From Kipferlia bialata (Eukaryota): a DNA stretch of 41,380 nucleotides. Numbering within the stretch: position 1 is the first letter of the stretch; each line of letters begins with the position of its first letter. Shown piece by piece: positions 23,177 through 38,512 of the stretch. The stretch lies in contig BDIP01000031.1 of the NCBI GenBank assembly GCA_003568945.1, forward strand, positions 1-41,380, in the 5' to 3' direction. Position numbers and translations under genes: made by a program. The notes beneath the pieces are model-generated. The model ran no database searches. It was not told the origin of the DNA and saw only the letters and a program-made list of their open reading frames with translations.

Positions 23177-24712
23177 TTATGGCATTGCCATATGTATGTT
23201 AGAGCAAAGAGTCCATCTGTTCCAACCATACCTCCCATGCTCTCTGTCACATCTGCCTCTGTGGCCACCTGTGCCAGTCCAGCTGCAAAGACTGCATACG
23301 TGGCAGGGAGGGGAACGGGAGTGCGTCCGTTCAACAATCTCGGCAATGAGACTGCGTGAGGGAGTCTCTGGCTCAGCACCATCCTCATAGGCACCTATGA
23401 ACCCCATGTCTGCAAATACTGACAGCTATGTTGTTAGAGTGATGGCTTATAGTATTTACAACACACTCAAACTCATTGTTATTATGGTACCTTCTGAACT
23501 GATGGCAGCTTTGAGAGGCACATGGTGACATCCATGAGACCCTCAGTGTTCACTGGGCTGAGGCCTGTCTGGCTGTCTGGCTTCATCCTCCCATTCCCAT
23601 AGCCCTCTGCGGCAGTACTTAGAGGAAGTACAAAGGAGGTGTGGAGGCCGATGGTATGAAGTGTGTGCTCTCCTGTGTCTCCTAGTCTCTCCTTGGTTGC
23701 CTTGGCAAGGGAGAGGCAAAAGAGGGAAGCAAGGCCTAGACGTGGTCCATAGTGTACTGGCTCTGGAATCAGAGAGGGAGTACGTGTGTATGTAGACGCA
23801 TACCATTTAACTGCAATCACACAGTATGTGACATACCTCTGGTGGAGTAATGCAGTCTTGCACACTCAAGGTGGGGAAAGGACTCCCCGAGACACTTGCC
23901 AACCCACTCGGCTCTCAGATACTCTACATCCTGCTCTGTGACCTTGGGATGAGGGTCAGGGGAGAAAACATGCCAAAACATCTAGTGATTCTGAAGGTGT
24001 TGTGCATTATTGTGAGTAAACGTTTGTGGGTGTGAGTGGGTAGTGCTGTCCAGTACCTCTCTAGCCTCCCCTCCATCCTGGGTAGGACTGATGGTGAAGC
24101 TGCACTCTACAGTGCCAGGTCCCTCAGAGACACCCAGATAGGAGGTCGCAGAAGTGGAGGCCTGTACCCCGGCGGTTGCACCCTTGTTCACAGTGAGAGG
24201 TGGCATCACCACAAGGAGGTTGCGTACAGTGTCCCTGAGTGCAGTAGAGTCCCCAAAGTTGATAAGTGTCTGGAGGAAGACATATAGATTTGCAATACAA
24301 CACCATATTGCAACAGGACAGATACTATGTAGACAGTGTTGAGGCGTACGTTCATGTTTGTTAGGCTGTCGAAGAGGAGTGGGAATGGGGGGCACTCCCC
24401 CTTCTGTGGCAGTAGAGTCAGGATGTCAGCTGGGGTTGTGTGCCACACCTCGTGCCTCGCAGCATTGAGGGCATTCCCAAACGTGTTGGTCCTGTCACCC
24501 CACTGCATGTCAGAGACAACAGTACATTACTCTTTTGGATGGTACATATGTACCTTTTGGACTCCTAGTTCTCTCCTGGCAGGCTCTCTCGTGGCTCTCT
24601 CCCTTGCTGCCTCTTCTGTCTGAGGGTCATGCTCACTCTCACTCTCATTCTCTGGACGGGCAACGACACCCATACCCAATGCTAGTAAATGAATAGAGGT
24701 TGAAGATTCCAT
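23177..24712 (-). CDS. Hypothetical protein, at least 6 exons; start and 3' end uncertain
   Basis: Phase-compatible exons with canonical sites: ...RRELGVQK|WGDRTNTFGNALNAARHEVW...TNMN|TLINFGDSTALRDTVRNLL...EARE|VTEQDVEYLRAEWVGK...YSTR|EPVHYGPRLG...SVQK|TWGFIGAYEDG. No recognisable domain. Confidence 0.55.
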
Positions 24713-24876
24713 AGGAAGTGTTACTGTAGATACTCTACAGTTGTGTCATTGGTTGATGTCGTGTGTGTTGAGACCAATAGAAACCTGGTAGAGAAAGAAG
24801 GTTTCAGTAGCCTTTCGGTGGCATTCACTCTGCGGTGGTGCAAACAGCACTCCTTCTCTCTAACCGTTGTAAAGCA
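24713..24876. promoter_or_regulatory. Short divergent (head-to-head) intergenic region, probable bidirectional promoter
   Basis: 164 bp between the putative ATG of gene C (24712, minus) and the Kelch gene ATG (24877, plus). Depends on gene C's start being correct. Confidence 0.4.
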
Positions 24877-26517
24877 ATGCAAAGCGTAAGAGACGGGGAG
24901 ACGACCCCAGACGTGATAGAGCCTTACATTGTCTTCCAGAAGACAGACATCAATCACAGGTAAAAGTCTAGACCTAGTAGTATTACACGACAGTCACATA
25001 CTCACTTGTGTCCCAGACTAGTCAACGGCTGCTAGTATCACACTTATCGAGCATATACCCCATAGATACTTTACACATTTCATTGACGCCAGAGCTTCAA
25101 GACAGCCTGCACCCGTCTACATTGGCCCACTGGCAGCCGATGGGTACACCCCCAGCTCTTCAGCCACTGACGAGGAGAGACGGGTGATACTCCTTCTGGA
25201 CAGCGCCACAGAGTCCTACCAGAGTTCCACCTCCACACAATTTGTGACTCTCAGTGTATCCTCAAATGGTACTCTAGAGAGAGTACCCCGGTATTGTAAG
25301 ATGCCAAGGTACCTTGCAGGTCACACAGCAACTCGTATTGGTGGGAGTGTATTTGTGTATGGGGGGATGAAGGAGAACAACAACAACGTCCTTAGGGAGT
25401 ACAACATCCGCAGTCGTATCTTCACAGTGGTTCGTAAGGACTATAGCAGGACCTGGCCTCCAGGGAAGGGCGGGCATTCCGCATTTACTCTAGGAGGGAA
25501 GCTCTTTGTGGTTGGAGGAAAGCAGTACAATAGGAACGAGTTTCTCATGAGAGACACACCAGTTGCGAAAGACTGTTGGATGTTTGACCCTATGTTGTTG
25601 ACGTGGACTCAGGTATTCTACTATAGAGTCAGCCATGTGTGGCGGCCAATGTCATATAGTGACATGATTCCTTCCTTACTGCTTACAAGTTCAAAACACT
25701 GCTTACTGCTTGTCATGTGCTATGCTTGTGTTGACAATTAGGTGGAAGACTGTCCCTATCCCTTCATATGGGGTTCCTGTTGTGTCTGTGGGGACACTGC
25801 CCACTTGTTTGGAGGACCCCCTTCTCGTCCCTTCTACCCGTATCTACGGGAGACTGACCGCAGAGGTCCAGAAGATAGATATGACAGGAGGGTACATGTG
25901 ACATACACCGAGGCTCATGGTTGGAGAGAGGAAGCACCTCTACCCAGTAAGGTAATGACAATTGAATCCGGCTAATTTCAAACCTATGTTGTCTTCTTGA
26001 AGTATGTGACCACAGATTAAGGGAGGTGCTGCCCTCAGTGTGGGGAATGACATATTCCTGATAGGGGGACAGCCGCAGCGTGGCTTGGTAAGATATTCTA
26101 AAGCATATATAGATTCGACACAGTACATCTGATTGACCCTTCTCAACAGTATGTCTAATAGCTATTCACTTAACCAAAGGTGAGGGTGTACAACACAGTC
26201 ACCAAGACTTGGAGGGAGAGACTGCCCCTTCCTCTGCCGTTTGGATATGGAGCAGCCTGCCTCATAAACCCACGGTATCTACCTATATTTATATGCATAT
26301 ATATATGTGTGTTTGGGTATAAGTATGAGTTGAATTACCTTTCTGTACAAGTCCCATTGTACCTGACCTCAGGACAGTGTTCGTACACTCACAGGAGGGC
26401 TCTCTTCTGGGACATATAGTGGGCCCAACACCAGAGGGAGAGGGAGAGTGTAGTGTGCAGGAGTACACGGCATCGGAGATGTTTGAAATGAGAAGGGCAC
26501 TGGATAAGAGGATTTAG
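24877..26517 (+). CDS. Kelch-repeat beta-propeller protein, 6 exons, apparently complete
   Basis: ATG at 24877; exon 1 24877-24959 (phase 2) joins exon 2 25093-25612 in frame. Motifs GHTATRIGGSVFVYGG, GHSAFTLGGKLFVVGG, CWMFDPMLLTWTQ, TAHLFGG, GAALSVGNDIFLIGG, VYNTVTKTWRE. Stop TAG 26515-26517. Confidence 0.88.
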
Positions 26518-26861
26518 GGAGAATCTCAACCCTGTGGCCAGTGGCCTCCTAATAGGAGTCCTATAGTTATAACCTTGCTATGGTATTTCTAAGTAGAATT
26601 CTAACACACAAACTGTGAAGGAATCTATAATTACTAAGATATTGCCAATGCCTATAGCCAGTATCTCTGTGGGCTAGTCAACTATACTCAATAGAATCTC
26701 TCACAGTGTCTTTAAGACACGTTCAGTTGACCATGTGAGTTCTGTGATACAAGTAGCATTCGTTAACTCAATCTATTGGACTCAATCGAGATGATACACG
26801 CAACAAATATGCGAGAAAACAATCATCTCCAGGACTAACTATTAGTCTCACTCTCATAAGC

Positions 26862-29800
26862 TCAAGCAAAGTACGTCACCTTCCCAGTCTGCACCATACC
26901 CCCATCCTGCATCACAACCCAGTCTTCCACAACCCTCTCCCCATTCACTTCTACGGTACAGGTATGGGCACCAGGTGTGGTGGGTGTGGTTAGAGATAGA
27001 GTATACAGGGAGTCTCCCTCATCTGAAGCGGAAACAGGGGTGGCGCCATCCCATGAGCCAGAGACAGTCTCTCCGACAAAGGCTCCGTCACCAGGCTCTC
27101 CGCCTAGCTCAATACTCATGGCATCAGTAGAGTGCACCAACGTAGTACGGGACTGGCGTGGGACTGGGTCACCGGCGACTACAAGATCAAAGGACATTGA
27201 GACCTCAGCACAGTCTCTGGCTCCTACAAACACCGGGTAGGTACCAGATACACGAGGGGCAGTCACTGGGACCGAGTAGGAGCCACCCGAGTACACACAC
27301 TCGGTCTCTGCTTCCCCTACTCTTGCAAATAGCTTAAACACGCCGGTAATGGCACGGCCATCAGATGAGGACAACAGCCCTAAGTCCACAGATAGAGTCA
27401 TACCAGGCCTTGCTGAGACTGAACTGGTGGCCATGCTATGCGGCACTAGCCGGGGCCCATACACAGCCACACCCTTACCAGCCTCTAGACCCACACCCCG
27501 TACATGCATGAACATGCCCCCATAGTATACATCCCCCACAAACAGACCAGAAGAGCCATTGGGGTCTCGTGAGTACATGTCATTGCCAGTTGGCACAAGG
27601 ACAGAACCAACCTTTTCGTACTCCCTGATCACACCGCTGTCAGGCCCGTATCGTGTATCTGACCCATCGCCAACATAGACCATACTGCTAGAGTAGATGG
27701 CTCCATTGGATGCTGGGATGTCAGACCCCTCAGCAAATATGAACATGCTTCCAATAGCCGGTCTCTTGACAAGGGCCAGCGTGTAGAGATTGTTCCCAGT
27801 AGAGCACCGCACAAGGATCCAGCTCCTCTTGACAGAGACGATGGTGCACCCAGAAGACCCAAGTGTGACAACCTCAGTTGTGACGGTTCCGGTCCCATCG
27901 CTTCGGTACAAGGTTAGGTCGGTGGTTGATGAACTGAGGTCAGAGAGCACAATCACTTAATACGACGATCCATGATGGAAGGAACAACGAGAGGAGGGTA
28001 CACAAGTTGAATCATGAATTTGAGACTGAAGTGAAGAGTACCTTGTGGTTATTAGGTTGTACTCTTCCAGATAGGCGCTGGTAACATTGTGATGGAGGGA
28101 GTCGACGCCATACACACTGCCGGAGTGACGCAGGACCAGCAGGGAATTGTCTGCATCTCCGCACAGATATCCAGTCCTAGCGTAAGTTATGTCAACTGAA
28201 ACGAATGAAGAATCAAGTGTAACAGAAGTGACTCCTTACCTTCTGCCACCACCAATAACTCCTCTCTCGCCAGGATACAGATCCTGGATGCGCCCGTCAA
28301 TGCTGATGTATTCAAGCCACGAGGCCCCTAGATCAAAGTTGTAGGTCCCGTAGATGTGGATCTTGCCAAGACCATGAATCGTCCCATCAGCTAGAAGTGA
28401 GAAGATAGCAAAAACAACAAAGAGGAATAGCACATACCACAAGAACTGCAAATCTGTCCCCACCTGTGTCTGGGTCCACAGTGACAAGGCTCCAAGGGGA
28501 GAGCACACTGGCATGGGAGATATCAGTCTCAGTAATGGACTGTGCGAGTCCGTACTGCTGAGCGTCGCCATCATACTCGTACAACTCAATGGTGTTGGTC
28601 TCAGGGCGGATATAGGCACTGATGTTACCGTCAGAGGTCACACCAGCAGCGGGTGTACCAAGGTCCCCACTGAGACAGCTGTCGCCGTACACGGATGACA
28701 GATACATGCCATGCTGCACCAGACCGGGTACGTCAACACCAAATGCACTGTTGGCCAGCTGGATGTCGGCGTGCATTACGCGAAGGTTAAAGGCACCACG
28801 AGGAGCCATGATACGGCACTTGTGGGCGGTGGCCGAAGCTGACCACACACAGGCAGTCTCTCGGTTGTCGTTGTCGGTGCACACCCTCACTCCATACTCC
28901 TCTCTGTCTGCGGCAACACCGTCCACCTGACACTGCACAGTGATGTCAGTGGGGGCAAGGGGGGTGATGGCACCATCAAAGGTGATAGAGGCACCGGTGG
29001 GGGATCGTGTAGGAACGTAGAAGTGGATGCCCCTATGGGATGCGAATCCCATGGCAACGGCATAACCTCCGTTCAGAGTCACCTGCGACAGGCCTGTGTC
29101 CTTGTTACCGTACCACGTCTGGGCAGGATATGAATCACTCATGGGGGAAGTGTAGAGAAGGGCAGCGCCTGGGTTCGTGTAGGCAGCATCTGCACTCCAG
29201 TATGCCTCGTTCGGAGAGGAAACCAGGAGCCGCCCCCCGGACATGGCGATGGATGTACCGAAACCAGAGTCTGTGGACGTACCAAGAGAGCCAATGAGGC
29301 TAGTGATGGTGTTGCGGTGCAAGACGGCCCGGCCGATGATTTCGAACACATAGACGGAGCTTGACCCATCGGCCTCGGTGGCAGACACAGCAAGGGTCTC
29401 CACATCAAGTGCCAAGGCAGTACCAAAGCGTACGTCGGCGGAACCCCAGGGGTGGGGCACGGTAGTAATGAGCTCCCACCCAGCATAGTCTGCATAAAGC
29501 CTATATAGGTGGACCACCCCACCACCAGCCACACCATCCTCATGTGATACGAACATCAACGTCCTTCCCAGAATCTGGGCGTTGGTCACATCATAGCCCG
29601 CTCCATAGGATATGTAGGAGCTGTACATCCAGACGCCATTCTCCCTGACAGTGAGGAGAGGACCACTTCAAAGAATAGAGGTCAGTATAGAGGGCGTATC
29701 AGTAGAGTATAGATTATACCTGATGTAGAAGTACATATGGGCATTTCCCTGGATAGCCATGTAGTTCCCACAGACGCTGATGTTGCGACCGAAGCTGCTA

Positions 29801-32800
29801 TCACTGCCCGGGGAATCAGGGAGAGTAATAGTGGTTTCTAGGGTCAGTCACAGCAATATACAATCACGGACCAATACTGTATCTGAGTATAACAAAGAAC
29901 ATACCAAGTGTTCCAAATCCTGTTGCACTGACAGGTACGACCATGACGCTGTTAGCTACGGGCAGCCCGAGGTAGAGGTACCCGCCGTCGACCTCAGCTG
30001 CCTCGTGTGCCCAGGGCCAGTTGGAGACCACGGTCTTGAGCATCTCTCCACCCACGAACCCGTAGGAGTGCAGCTCGGAAGTCTCACTGGATATGCCGGC
30101 ATACACTGCGACCGTGACCTCTGCATCTGAGGCTATGAGTGCACGGGCCATGTTGGCATCTGCTGCATCATAGTCAAAGGATGTGACGACAGCGTGGGAG
30201 GCAGTCATGGCATAATCGGAGCCACTGACTGTGATGGAGCTGGTGAGAGAGAGGTCAGTCACGCGTCCACCCATGAGGGTCAGAGTGTATGTGTCAGCAG
30301 TGGATGGACCCATAAGGCTGACAGAGTACCTGCCGTCCCTATGGGACTGCACAGGGTAGTAGATATCATTGAAGTGGGCAAACTGAGGGACATAGCGGTA
30401 TGGAGCATGGATGATGGTGGCTCCACTGGCGTCGGTAAGGTGGAAGGAGAGAGTGGTGTGCTCCCGTGTAGTAAGGGTCCAGGTGGAGTCTGGGACTATC
30501 GACACCGGTAGCGATGTGCCTGGGGTAGCAAGGAACGCATGTCCAGCAAACATGGTCCCTATGGCCAAAGGACTGCCAATGAGAAGATGAGCTCTGTCAA
30601 GCGAGACACTCTCTCCAAACCGGTGGAGGGGGTCGGGGTTGAGAACCCCATTGAGGAACATACCAACATCCACCACCCGCTCATAATCTCCACCCAGGCT
30701 GCTACGCGGTGTTGCAATGTGGACAACGTTGTTGGAGGTGTCAGTGCTCTCCGGGTCGTTGGTAGAGAGGGCGATGTACTGTCCGTCTGTGCTTATCCTA
30801 CTTGCCATGCCCCAGTCAATGTCTACCCCAGAACCTGATGGCTGGACATCAGCCCTGTGGTTAGGCACATGTATGATATGCTCAGTTCCTAAGAGAGACT
30901 GAATGATCTAGATTGCAGAATATTAATGAATATGTACAACCCACTAACCATACGGCAGTTGTCCCTGCCTCTACGTCCACGTCATAGCGGTATACCAGCT
31001 TGACCTCGCAGCCCAAGCACTTTGGAGAGGAGGCGAGGCCCTGGGCTCCGAGTCCGGCATACCACCCATTGCTAGCACCCTCCACCCACTGCATATATGC
31101 CCCAGTCACAGCCTCATACGTGTATGGGTATAACCTGCCACCATCCTCTCTACCAATAACTAGAGAGGTGCCAGAGGAGAAGACAATGGTGGTGACGAGG
31201 ACATCACCGTGGCTAGAGGCTAGAACAGTGGGAGCAGGGACACCGAGGTCATTGGACTCATACATCACCACTGGAGCAGCAATGGCGGCTCCGACAGCAA
31301 GACGGAACACACTGTCATCATAGTAGAGGGCGATGGTCTGGCCATACCCGGCATTCTCTGGGAGTCCAGAGAGAGCCCTTGAAGGATATAGGGTGGAATT
31401 CAGGCTGAATGTGTTGGAGTCAGTGTCCAGAGTGTAGATTAGCACTGCACTGTCGTCTGTGCCCACGGTATCGGCCTGGCCTATCACCAGTATGTCATCG
31501 GCCATCGCAAGGGATGTCCCAAACCCAGACACGCCGGAGCCCACGCCACCAGCACCTGGGTACATACTCTGTACATACACTGGGGAGGCTGATGTATCCT
31601 TATCATACCTGGAGTGAGCGACACCATTGATACTCCAACCAAATATAATTAGTGCACATTGTATAACGTACTTGAATATGTGCACTGCGTCTGTATCGGG
31701 GTCAGATATGGCCATATAGGGGAGAGTCATTGCGGTGACAGTGCCAAATGTAGAGGAGGCCTCGTATCCAGAGGGTAGGCTGTCAACCGGGACAGAACGG
31801 AGGTTGGAGAAGGGGTAGTAGGCCACTACACTCTCGGCACTGGAAGTGTAGGTGCCTGATGTGAGAACCCCCACACAATAAGCAATGTGTGAGATAATCA
31901 CTAACTTAGAGGACAGGTGTCGTCGTACCAGCTATAACCGTGATGGTTCCAACGGCATCATCCATTGTAACATCAGTACAGAACATCTTCTGATCTGCAT
32001 CATACACGGTGGAATACCAGTCGGACGCTGTGCCGACAACGTTTAAGGAAACGGAAAACGCCTGGAAAACTGGGGGTGAGAGGATTGTATTCAATAATGA
32101 ACAGTGGTTACAAATAGGTGAGATACAATACCTGGGCGGTCTGACGAGTCAACTAGAGCGACGCAGACAGGTACTGGGCTCCCAACTATCAGGGAGTCGT
32201 AGTGCAGAGTGTGATCCACTGGAGTCGAGTTAACCGAGTAGGATAGGGTCAAGTTGCCGGCGTTCACAGTGACAGTGGCTGTCGAGTCCCCGACGAGACT
32301 CATGACCGTAGTAAGGGTACACGTGTACATAAAAGTACTGGAAGTGAGAATAAGAAAGAGATACAGAACACTAGAAGTAGAGTCCTTGAACAGTAGTACC
32401 TAGAATCAAAGGAACACGAGCTCCCAATATCAATGCTGACAGTCTGCTCGGTGGTGTTGACGTGGCCGTTGACATTCAAAAGCCAAAGTTCAATGACACT
32501 GTGACCAATCATGAGTGGGTTTGCCTCCACCGAGACTGGAGACCCCTCTACAATTGAGGTAATCTGTGTGGTCCCGGAGTTCAAGTAGAGGGCACCGGCA
32601 CGCTGGGGTGAATAATTGGATAGATATACTGCAGCGCTTGGTGTCTGGATGAATGTGTCTGATGATACCTGGAGTACGGGCATGATGCTATCAGTCTGCA
32701 TAGCGGACACAGTGAGTTGGGAGTCGGGGGGTAGGTACATCGACACAGCGTATGTGCCTGAACCCTAGAGTAAGAAGAGAGAGCGAGGATGGTAATTATG

Positions 32801-35800
32801 GACAAGACGCTAGAGCTATCGTACCTCGTACACCATCACCATTCTCTCGTACTCGTAGCCTGTCACCATGGCGTAGAGAGGATACTCTCTGTCGTTGACT
32901 CCATCTGTTGTAACCACAGTGTCTGTGCTGTCATACAACCTCACTCTCACAGTCTGGTAACCAGCATAGAGTGGTGTCCCGGAGATGATCGAGTAGGACA
33001 AGTACGGGCCACTCTCGTATATGGCGACGAGGCCAGTAGTGGCTGTGGGGTAAACACCGGCATTCAGGATGACATCCCTGGATATCAGAATACCCGAGAG
33101 AGAACTATAGTCACAGTACCTGAGAGGATCCGCCCTTCTTGGGAACCCTACCACACAAATGCAAGTGGTACATATATATCTGAATATACCTATATATACC
33201 TATATATATTCAATACTATATATACATATCTGGAGTGTACCTGTACATGGCCACACTGGAGAATGCCTCGGTCGAGGCCAAGGTGGAGTCAGAGTGTGAC
33301 ACACGGACAGTGTTGTAGAATCTGTCGGTGGACCGTAGAACGTTGAAGGTGACAGAACCGGGGTCAGTGCGACCTGAGAGAGTTAGAGATACCGAGAGAC
33401 CTAGGAGTACTATAGTAAGTGAAGGAAAGAAGAGGGATACAGCCAAACCTGTGGGGCTACAGCCAATGGCGATAGTGGTACCACTCAAGGCAAGAGAGGC
33501 TCCTGAGAAGTACTGGTCTCCGCCAACTGTGCCCGTCCTGTGGTAGACGGCACTACCAGTAGAGACATCGTAGAACTGGACAAAGACGCCATATGTGGCA
33601 TCGACAATCTCTGCTACAGCCACTATGCCGCCGTCCATGGACACAGCGACACCGTGGGTGGTGACGTCTGTGCCCTGGTTGAAGGCGGTTACATAGGTCC
33701 AAGTGCCTCCAATCTTCTGGTAGAGATACGAGTCTGAAGTCAGTTGCCAGGCAAAGCGGTACCGACCCTACATCAAGGTTATACAATATATATGAATGTA
33801 TGAAGAATCAACAGGAGGATCAGTCAGAACTTACAGTAGCTGTTTGTCGCAACGACAAGTCTGTGGTGAATGGTTCCGTCATATATGTCCTCTGTGGCGA
33901 GTCTGTACCCAAAGAACTCCGTGGCGACGGACCCCTCCAGGGTACTTGTCTTGTACCAGGAGTCATAGGTGGGGAAGTACTCGTATGTCCTCACCACTCC
34001 AGTGGTAGATGCCCCACTTTCTAGATAGGCACCAACAGCAAGGAGTCTAGGGGACAGGGCGAGGCTACAGCCATACATGCCGGCGGCGCTTCCCGAGATT
34101 TCCTGATATCAGAATCACTAGTCCTAGGAGAAAGCTACACAAAAAGGACTCTACCTGTTTGCGTTTGTACTCCCCATCTTCGAGTTGGAACAACAGAACA
34201 TGGGACACAGTGTCTCCAGACAGGACACAACGGCCAACAGCGAGGTAACCATTGGACATGGCTACCTATGGTTAGGGTAAGTAATTATACTCTCGATATT
34301 GGAATGGTGAAATGGATGCATTTGTATATGAACCTGCGCTAATAAAAGTAGAAACACAAGTGCTGTAGAATCATGACACATACCTGGTATGCGATGTCAG
34401 CGGAGGGATCGCCACCAGCGACGTACACATCAAGGGACCCATACTCCTCAAAGTAATTGTTTGTCCCGGCCTTGTAGAGGGTGACACCCTCAATGGCGTC
34501 TCCTCCCACTGCGGCCCACCCCTCATCCAGTGCAGTCGTGTAGTTCCCAGAGGTCTTCTCATACTCAAAGAGGGACTGGTGCTGCTGGAGCACAACCGCT
34601 GAGTGAGTACGAAGTGAGAGATGAAAAGTGTACTAATACGGCACTCACTTTCCATCTGGAATACATCCACTGTGCTGTAATTGTTGAAGAGAGTCAGGGC
34701 TTCGGTCCCAACAGCCTCAGCCTTAACCGTATCCTCAAAGCACTGTCTAGCACCGTTCCAGGTGACAGAGGACGCAGAGCCACTAGCGAGACTGGCCTCC
34801 AACAGAGAAAGGTTCCCCTGATGTGGGCATATACATAAACGATATCAAAACACTGAAGAGAGGTCAAGAATTGACTTGAAGAGAGGAATATCCAATACAT
34901 ACCAAGTTGGCGATGCCATTCTCGTCTGTAGTGTACACGCACACATCAGTCTCTCCCAGGTAGGGCAGGCGAAGAGAGTCCACTGCAGCAGATCCAGCGG
35001 CAGACGCCTGCATGGCAACCTCAACAGGACAGAGCAGGGTCTCAGCGACTCCTATTATGAGTATGGGAATCATTAAGACTAGCACCAGTGTTATACATAG
35101 GGAAGTGCCCACCTGCCACAGCCACACTGAGGGAGTGGGTACCAGCCCCTGGGTAGTGCTGGGTCCCCTTCCACTTACAGGTGGCGGCATCGTACACCGG
35201 AGTGAACCCAGACCCAGTACCATCGGTCCACTGATGGATGAGAATACATATATCCGGATATCCTCTGCCGAACACATATAACATAGTATATACAATTACT
35301 GCTAAATACCATTGATATACTGAAACAGAACATCTCTCTTGAAAGATGTACGTACCGCAACATTGAGGGTCAGGGCACCACCGCATACTGGGTACCCTTG
35401 GGCGTTGAGGATGGTGATGTATATGTCGTCTGACATATCATACAGCATCTGATCCACGACACAGGAGGTAGGGGTGCCCACAGTGGTGACAGAGGTCTGG
35501 ATCTGATGGTGAGAGAAACCTACACGGTGTCAAACTAGTGAATGCTAGAGTACGATACTCACCTCATGTGGCTCGTTCCAGGAGGCAGCGAGGGTGGTTC
35601 CCAAGAACCCAGATACCCCAACATAGGCGGAGATGGTACCAGCCGTGTTACCAAACACTGTCCCAGTATATGCCCCCTCATCGCTGGAGTACACTAGTCC
35701 TGACTCTCTGGTAAAACCATCTACCGAGTCAAAGTGCGACACAACGGAGAGACCAGTCACAGGGGATGAAGTAGAGTCGGTGATCTCAACCGAGTAGTCA

Positions 35801-38476
35801 ATGAGACCAGGCTCTGAGGTGACGGGAGTGGCGTCAACGTACACATCGACACTCTCCAGAACAGGGAAGAAGGGGCGCCCTGTCGAGTAGAGACCACATA
35901 CTGCAACACGCTTGTTGGTATGATCAACAGCAATGTGGCGTCCAAAGTCACTGCCAACGGTATCAAAACCTGGAGGTGAGTGATCAGCACACTATAATAA
36001 CACAGTAGCAGATATTCTCAGTCGTACCTCTTGTGGTGACTGAGTAGGTCACGCTCTTGTCTGGGGATGGGGTGTATGTGACCATGCCCCTCGACACCCC
36101 TGCATACTCTTGTCCCGGAGACCCTATCAGTACTGCCCCATCGAGCAGGGCGACGGCCGCACCATACTCGATACCGTCCTTATCGAAGCTATCGAATTCA
36201 CCCCAAGAACCTGACTGCTTTTCAATGTATACCACCTCACTCAGGGTAGATGACGTTATTGTGGGTACACCTACAACCATGAAGGTGCTTGAGACAGCAA
36301 GGGAGATGTACTCCGCCTCGTACGTATCTGGGATAGGGGTCACGTAGGTCTGAGCCCATGCTCCAGCACTGTAGCCACCGGGGTAGCGCTCAAAGACACG
36401 AACACTCGACCAAACACCTCCTCCGGGGCAAGTGCTTACCGCTAGGGTAGATGCATCAGCAGAGAGGGCGAGCTTGCATCCAAACCCACCCTCCGTGGCG
36501 GCCGCTCCAGAGATTGTGTGGGAGAGAACCCAGATACCATCCTGTTGTGAGACGTTGGCAATGTGGAAACACAAAAGAGATCTGACACTACATTTATATA
36601 TAGACGGATATAGTGTATTACCTCAATACCATAGACATAAGCATTGCCGTTGCCATAACCGGGGGCTCCGACTACCATAGTATCTCCCTCCATCTCGATA
36701 GCAGTTCCAAAGAGGTCAGGCTGGGAGTGAGACTGATACTAGAACGTCTAGTGAATACTAATGTATTGTGAAAGTCTGTCACTCACCATTCCCGCTTCCC
36801 CTGGGTTCAGCGTCTGGTGCCATATCCACTGGTTGTCCCAGGTGACCTTATACACATACACGTTACCAGGGGAGAATCCCTTGGCGCCTACAGCAAGATA
36901 GACTCCATTGAAGGCAACGGCACACCCGAACTTGGAGACGGAGGACGGCGTGGACATCAAGAGGGTCTCAACCGCGTAGCTGTTGACGTTCTTGTTCATA
37001 CACTTGACGGACCCATAGCCATAGGTGCGGCCGACAATCACCCAGTCGCCATGGATGGCAAGAGAGTCAACAGGCCTGCCTGAGGTGATGTGGGCCTGTC
37101 CATACACACTGGCTAAGGGTATGGAGACTGAGGCCTCGCGCAAGGGAGCGGCATCGGTGTTGGCAGAGATGGTGGCGGTGGAGCCGGCTGTGTAGTAGAG
37201 GACGTTGAGGGAGACAGAGGACCCATGGGGTATGTGGACGGATGTGTCCGACGTGTACTGGCCGTATCCCCCATCAACACCCAGATAGATGGCAGTGGTG
37301 TCACCCTGAGGTAAGTATTGGCAGTAAATGGTAGAACAGTCCAAAAGCTAGAGATATACATAACAAATACATATCAATAACGTACCCCAGGAGCGACAGC
37401 CTGTCCGGCAACCTGGACACCAATCACGGCATCTCCATGCATGTCTTGCAGGTAGGTGAAGTGCGGCCCATACCCCGGTACATACCCGTCCCCCCACTGC
37501 AGCATGGTATCACTCCTCAGCATATCAACAGTGTTGCTGCCGGTGCCCCCACTCCGATGGTAGACTATCCCATACCCCTGCCCGTCCCCATGGGCTACAG
37601 AGGAATCGACAGTTAACCCGTAGGTCCCATAGGTCAGGTCAGTCTCCAACACGTTGTGGACCACGGCGTAGTTGTCAATGGTACTGTCCCACTTGAACAC
37701 AACCATCCTGTAGGCGTAGTTGGTAACCACGAACATGTACTCATTGTAGAGCGCAATGTAACGTCCAAACTAGCGTCAGGCTATGGAAAGTGAGTATAGG
37801 ATACCGCAAATCACTTGTAACTATATACATAAACACTGGTCGTACATAATGGTAGGTTGCTGGGTCCTTGATTGTCTGGATCGGCCCAGTCCAGTAAGGA
37901 GTGACGGAATATGACTGGTACCTGAGGGGTCAATATGGGTGAATACAACAGCAGGGGGGCAATCAGGAGTCTATATATATAAATGTGTGTGTGTGTGGCA
38001 ATGCAATATAGGTGAACAAAGGACACGTACGAGTATATGAATATGGATCCAGCGTTGGTCCTGGCGTTTGGTGCACCAATTGCAATCTTTCCATCATAGA
38101 TGGCCAGGGCATTGGCGAACCCTCTCACGCCGCCTGGTGCCGTAATGGAGTGCTCTATCCCTGGAATGTAAGAGGATGATACATTCACCGTTACACACGC
38201 ATATGTATACACTCACTCACATAGATACATCGTAGAACCTACCTGACTCATCGAAGATGTAGCACTTTCTGTCGGCGCCGTCGTTATTGACCAGGCCCAC
38301 CGCCACATGGCCCTGTATGGGATCGATGGCCACCGATGTACCGAAGTAGGTGTCAGCCTAAGAGTCAGAGGGGCTAGGAACAGCAGCACACGGCGAGAGA
38401 CGACATAGGAACAACGCAAAGGTACTGGATAGTGACTAGACATAGAGATACCGAGGAAGAGATGGCCATGACGTAT

Positions 38477-38512
<36 letters not shown>

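Noticed and set aside
27934..28045. Apparent frame break or pseudogenisation in gene D before ORF 26862-27956
   Set aside because: Resolved by the intron ACAAG|GTACTC...CTGACCTCAG|TTCA, which keeps the frame.
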